NCBI GenBank assembly: GCA_013239625.1
Contig: MU054212.1
Span: 8,889,084 to 8,913,361 of the forward strand
Origin: Lama guanicoe
Lineage: Eukaryota
Direction: 5' to 3'
DNA: 24,278 nucleotides
The notes below the pieces were generated by a model. That model was not told where the DNA came from, ran no database searches, and worked only from the letters and a program-made list of their open reading frames with translations. The first letter of the stretch is position 1. Each line of letters begins with the position of its first letter. Positions 19,487 through 24,278 of the stretch are shown one piece after another. The position numbers and the translations under genes are program-made.

Positions 19487-20019
19487 CCATCAAATGTCTA
19501 GGCAGTTGCCAATTAAAACTGCAGATAATGCTGTTTTATATATATATACTTGCAGAAGAAGCAGTCTTGTGCTCGTATTGGATTACTTCTTAAGGTGAAT
19601 TCCTTCAGGCTTAGTTGCTGAGTAGAAGGGTAAATAATTCATCTTCAGTGGGACCCGTTTCCCCCATCTTAAGCATTGGCGATGGTGGGGAAGATGGTCC
19701 CTAAGGCCCTGTGGGTGAAGAGCTGGGCCGAGATGTGAAGCCCAGATCCAGTGCGACCTCCTCCTCGCACAGGCAGCTGGCGTCATGGCCGAGAGTGACA
19801 TTTGAATGCTGAGAATGCGACCAAGCGGTACTCAGAGAAGATTGTTAAAACCCTGAATAAATTATGTGTTTGTCTCTCATTGCCTCTCCCTATTTTGAGG
19901 GACAAAATCATGACTATACTCTGTCAGTGCTAAAGTTAGAACTATTACATTTCATGCATGCAAGTAACAATATTACATTAGTAAGACAAAGCTGCATCTC
20001 GTTAGTTGTTAATGCCTTG

Positions 20020-20303
20020 AGGAAACAGAGGTGCTGTATTTTGTGGGTAGTGTAGACCCTACCTCTTTCTAGAGACTTGGCAACAGACACAAATGATAAA
20101 AGTGATTGGTTTTGACCCCGTGACCCTACTTACAAGAGTTATTTGAAGAGGTAAATAAAAATGATAAAAGTACTATATGCATAAAGACATTTGAAGATTG
20201 TCTTAGTAACGAAAAGCTAAAAAACTCAATGTCCACCGATAAGGGAGGTGTCAAGTATGTTATGGTTCATTATGGATAGACTGTTGGGTTGTTGTTGAAA
20301 TAG
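20020..20303 (+). mobile_element. Decayed old L1 (L1ME-like) ORF2 end
   Basis: ttttgacccc...tatgcataaagacatt...aaaaactcaatgtccaccgataaggga...ttatgg. Confidence 0.55.
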
Positions 20304-20307
20304 CTGA

Positions 20308-20678
20308 TACCTTACTTAGCTCAGGCTGCTGTAACAAAATGCCACAGACGGGGGGGCTTAAAAACAGACATTTATTTCTCATAGCTCTGGAGGCTGGGAT
20401 GTCCAGGATGAAGGTGCTAGCAGATTTGGTTCTGGGTGAAGCCCTGCTGTCTGGCTTGCAGATGGCCACGTCCTTGCTGTGACCTAACATGGCAGAGAGA
20501 GGGAACTCTGGTGTCTCTGCCTTCTCTTATAAGGGCGCTAATCCCATCGTGGGGGTCCTACCCTCATGACCTCATTTGAACTTTATTTCCTCTCAAAGGC
20601 TCCACCTCTTAATACCATCACATTGGGGGTTAGGGCCTCAACATACGAGTTTCGGGGAGACACATTCAGTTCATAACA
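20308..20678 (-). mobile_element. MaLR solo LTR, MLT1A/MLT1A0-like, essentially full length
   Basis: ggctgctgtaacaaaatgccacagac...ggcttaaaaacagacatttatttctcatagctctggaggctgg...cttataagggcgctaatcccat...taataccatcacattggggg...cattcagttcataaca; ~370 bp. Confidence 0.92.
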
Positions 20679-20754
20679 ATCTATATGAGTCATAAAATTG
20701 TACATCTGGAGGCGTAGATCAGAAATGTCAAAAATGGAAGGAGTGACTTCCTTC

Positions 20755-21412
20755 CAGTCCTGTTCACCAGGCCCCGTCTGTACCTCATTCATTAGAAACA
20801 CCGTCAGAACTGCTTGTCACCCATCCAGTCCCCTCCTTTTCATTCCTGAGTCGTCTGGGCTCTCATTTGGACTCCTGGTAACCGTGCTCTGATGCACCCC
20901 CAAAACCTACTTCCCCAGCCTCCTCCTTCTTCCCTCTGGGGGCTCCCCATTGTTTAAGGATACAATCACAAGCCGTCCCAAGGACACCCAGGACTCTCTG
21001 GGACCTGGCCTCTTGTGGGCCCCTTCCACGTCCTCCCCACTGGCCTTCCCCCCCGTGCCCCTCCTGAGCGCAGGCTATGCTAATATGCTCGCAGTTCCTC
21101 TAAGAGGCTGTCCTGCGTGGTTGTTCCAGCTCTTCCCTCCACCGGGACTGCCCTTCCAGCCCTCCAGCCTGGGGTGAGGTGTGTCTGAGGGTCACCTCTG
21201 CTGGCCTTTCCCGGCCCTCCCCCAGGCCTGTGCAAGCTGTGCTCCAAGCCCCCCACCCCAGGACACTCTGGTTCTAATTTCCTTCCACGTCACCATCTCC
21301 CCACCACCTGTAAACCCTCAGTAGCAGGAAGTGCATTTTAAACCCCCTTGCAGTTCAGAGTTCCTAGGACAGTGCCTGATACACAGGAAAGCCAAACAAA
21401 TAAGTTTTGAAT
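20755..21412 (+). mobile_element. L2 3' region, decayed
   Basis: Pyrimidine-rich L2 motifs ending cctaggacagtgcctgatacacagg...aaataagttttgaat. Confidence 0.65.
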
Positions 21413-22469
21413 TTTTGAAGGTATGTACTGAACACAGTGCAGTATATATATTTATATACATGATGATTGGAACAACAGGGTGGACTCCAGCCTTCAGGAA
21501 CCGAGATCCTCAAACTCCTGTTGGATTCCCTGATCTGTAAACATGATTTGCATGTTACCATTTCCCTCACAAACTGCGGGTGAGTGAGGTATATCCGGCT
21601 CTTCAGAGTAGCAAAACCTTGTTTACTGGCCTCTTCCACACTGGGTCCACGCTGGGTCCTCAGACGGGTGGACGAGAGGAGGCCCACCGCCTGTCAGTGT
21701 CATTCCCTGTCACGTCTGGAGGGGCGGGCACACGCCCCGGGGCCCTCCTGGGTCGGGGTAGTGCGATCTGCTCCCCGGGGCCCAGCTGGAGGCCTGCAGT
21801 ACAAGGTGGGGAAGCACTGCCCCGGCCCCACTTTGCAGGTTGTTCCCGAGCCTTCCACAAGCCTCATTTATTCTTCCTGCCCTTGCCGAGCATGGAGGGG
21901 GCGAGGGGCTTTGTGAGCTTGTGTGGGAGGCAGGGGTGGCCACGGCTGCAGTGCATTGCGGGAAATTCCGAGAGGAGGGCGGACCTGGGACACTGGAGTG
22001 GTGCCCACAGAGTCCAGCCTCTCTTCTTTCCACCAGTGAGATCCAGCCCTTGGCCAACCTGCAAGGCTCAGGGAAGATTTTATTTCAAGCGATGGCACTC
22101 ACCTTAGAGAGATATATTACCCCTTTGCTGTATCAGATCATAGCCTCAGGCTGCAGGAGCGCTCAGGCTGGCTCCTGATTGCAGCTTCTATAAATCACCA
22201 GGCCTCTGGCTTCTGCAGGACCTGGTAGTTCCTGAGTGACTAGTGTCTGGGTGACCAGTGCCTGGAGGTGGGAGAGGCTGTCCAGCCTTCCTGGGGTCCT
22301 CCTTCAAGTTCAACAGCACCATGTGTCTGGGGGCAGGGAAAGGAGAGTTGTTGGGCACCCTATCCAGAACAATAGTCTAGAATATGAGTGGTTTTTTGTT
22401 CCCAGAACTGGATGCATTTTTGTGGACGGTGATTCATCACCGAATATGCCAGTAACTGAACCACGGCGT

Positions 22470-22690
22470 GTCTGTGCAGTTCACAAGGCCCTGGGACGTA
22501 GGTTTGCCTGGCTGATCCTCACACAGCCCTGAAGGAGGGGGAGATGGGGCACTTAGGCCCCATCTCCAAGTTGAAAAAACTGAAATCACTGTTGGTTTCA
22601 TGACTGATGTGCGGGAACAGACCCTCGGAGGTGGCAGGGCTGGAACTCAGGTACACATCTTCTGACCTCAGCCCCAGCCATCTCCCATGA
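22470..22690 (-). mobile_element. MIR SINE, decayed
   Basis: gatcctcacacagccctgaagg...ccccatctccaagttgaaaaaactga...gtggcagggctggaactcagg...tctgacc. Confidence 0.65.
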
Positions 22691-22949
22691 GGACTCCCTG
22701 CCTCAGTCTGTCAGAGATGAGTGTGAGGAACATACATTGACATCCAGGGTAGTTTGTAGAGTGAACACAACCGGGGTAATTTCAGCTGAGTTCATAGACA
22801 TCACAGGCAACCACTTGGTGGTTATTTTTGTGCAAGCTGGGCAGCAGGCTCTGCTAAGTGGGAAGCTTTACTTCTATCGATGCCTCCGATCCCAGGGCAT
22901 GATAAGTATCTACCTTATTGTCATGATTCGTTGGAGAAATAAGTCATAA

Positions 22950-23600
22950 ACGTAACAAAAAGTGAAGTAACCTCCAAGAGCAGTGTGTGACTCATTTCTA
23001 AGGGTGATATAGGCAGCCTGGGCTGTAGAAATGTCAGAAGTGGGAGAAATCCACGTGGACTGCACAGTCTAAAAGGCCTCCTGCAGAGAGCGGGCTGGGG
23101 TGTATGTGGATGATAGGAAAGGGGAAGGTGGTCCATGCAGGTGAGAGCAGATGGGACAGGAGGAGGGGATCAGGTGCGGATGGTTCTGGGCGAGTGGGAT
23201 TAGCCTCCCGGAAGAGGGTGACCCACAGCTGTAGGCCACAGGCTGGGCTGGTGCAAACCGTGAGCAACAAAAGTGATTCAGAAGTTACTTCTGTTCCATG
23301 CAGTGGAGACATAAAGGAAAAAGAAGGGAAGAGGAGAGAAGAACAGAAATTTGGGAAGGAAATGACTGTAGAGAAAAGCCGTGGGAAGGAGAAATGGGGA
23401 GAAGAGGAAAGGAGGGGGGGTAGGTAGTCACTGCAAAGCCATCTATGACGATTGTGTGAGGGGAGGGAGAGCCGTTGGGGACAAGCCTGAGGATGGGCCT
23501 GGCTTCGGCCCAGCAGGCAAGGTCGCCCGCAGCCCGTGGTCCTGGTCACTGCTGATGTCTGGTGAGCTGAGGTGTGAGGCCATCAGGGATTAAGAGGTGA
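22950..23600 (-). mobile_element. Probable decayed L2 body
   Basis: Purine-rich tract with weak resemblance to antisense L2; no diagnostic terminus. Confidence 0.3.
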
Positions 23601-24278
23601 TCCTTTCCAGGGGCTCTCCCTCCGCCCTCTCTTGTATGGGGTGTCTGCTCAGTGGCAGACTCTGTTAGGGCCAGCACAGCGACCAAAATAAGTGAGACCA
23701 AGGGTCAACGAGATGGGGTGTGCCCTGGCTCGGCCACTCTGTGCCGTCCACATTCCCTCTCCTAAAACCTTTAAACAGTAGCGTCCACCTTGCGGGGCTG
23801 TCATGAATGAAACCAAAAAAGGGTTCCACTTTGCATGTCACCGGGATCTGCCACTTGGCTTCCGTGGCCTCTGGTTCCCAGGACTCCCTCTCCCCTGCCC
23901 CACCTGCCACTGCAGAGACACAGCAGCTTCTGCCCGATCTGTCTCCCTGCGCCCATGTGCCGGCCCTCCTTCCTGACCGGGGAGCGGGGAGGATCCCTTC
24001 TTCTGGCCCGGGGCCAGGTGCCTTTCCACTGGACCTGCAACCCATACTTCCCTCTGGGATCCGCCCTTTAGCCTTCAGATGCGCTAATGCCACATTCATC
24101 CAGAAATCTCCTCCCTGGCCCCTAGATCCGGCCCATTCTTGTACCTTCATGTCTCCTCCCCTTTTGAGCATCTTAGACCTTGTCTAAGCCCCGCTGCCCC
24201 ACTCACTGTCCCTGCTGCTCTGTCCAGCTCCCTCCCTCCAGCGCAGGGACACTGCTCCTCTGAGGCTCCTGTCCTTCA

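Larger units (their letters stand above)
9517..24278 (+). other. FHOD3: FHOD3 intron 1 (5' part; phase-0 GT donor at 9517-9518)
   Basis: GT donor lies exactly where FHOD3 similarity stops. I found no downstream ORF with the expected continuation (LDDC...), and the rest is repeats and unique non-coding DNA. Confidence 0.9.

Noticed and set aside
21580..22178. Cluster of 66-175 aa ORFs in a moderately GC-rich intronic patch
   Set aside because: No recognisable protein similarity or FHOD3 exon sequence; explained by composition.
23034..24187. ORFs of 107-171 aa near the window end
   Set aside because: Purine/pyrimidine-skewed, probably L2-derived sequence with no domain signature.
1..24278. 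Prokaryotic-type systems (CRISPR arrays, operons, defence systems)
   Set aside because: The sequence is clearly mammalian; no repeat-spacer arrays or gene-dense coding structure.

Overview
This is mammalian genomic DNA, not prokaryotic. The repeat content suggests a laurasiatherian, probably a cetartiodactyl and possibly a camelid. The window holds the CpG-island promoter and first coding exon of FHOD3 (formin homology 2 domain-containing 3; CDS 9352-9516, + strand, phase-0 GT donor), about 8 kb of repeat-rich upstream DNA, and the first ~14.8 kb of intron 1. All other ORFs in the track are explained by GC-rich CpG-island sequence, decayed transposons or chance. The most notable structure is at 2089-3645. 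A ~1.5-kb insert bounded by a 16-bp direct repeat splits the ORF2 zinc-knuckle region of a relatively young L1. Read on the minus strand it looks like a full-length retrocopy of a spliced non-coding RNA promoted by an ERV1 LTR: R-U5, tRNA-Arg-like PBS, leader, putative splice junction, second LTR, old L1M, AGTAAA, A-tail. Other candidates are an out-of-frame ATG 7 nt before the FHOD3 start, a MEF2/GATA/TEAD/T-box cluster in intron 1, a perfect triple-DR1 nuclear-receptor element, an ERR element and strong G-quadruplex motifs. Repeat family names come from recalled consensus sequences, not a database search, and repeat boundaries are approximate.
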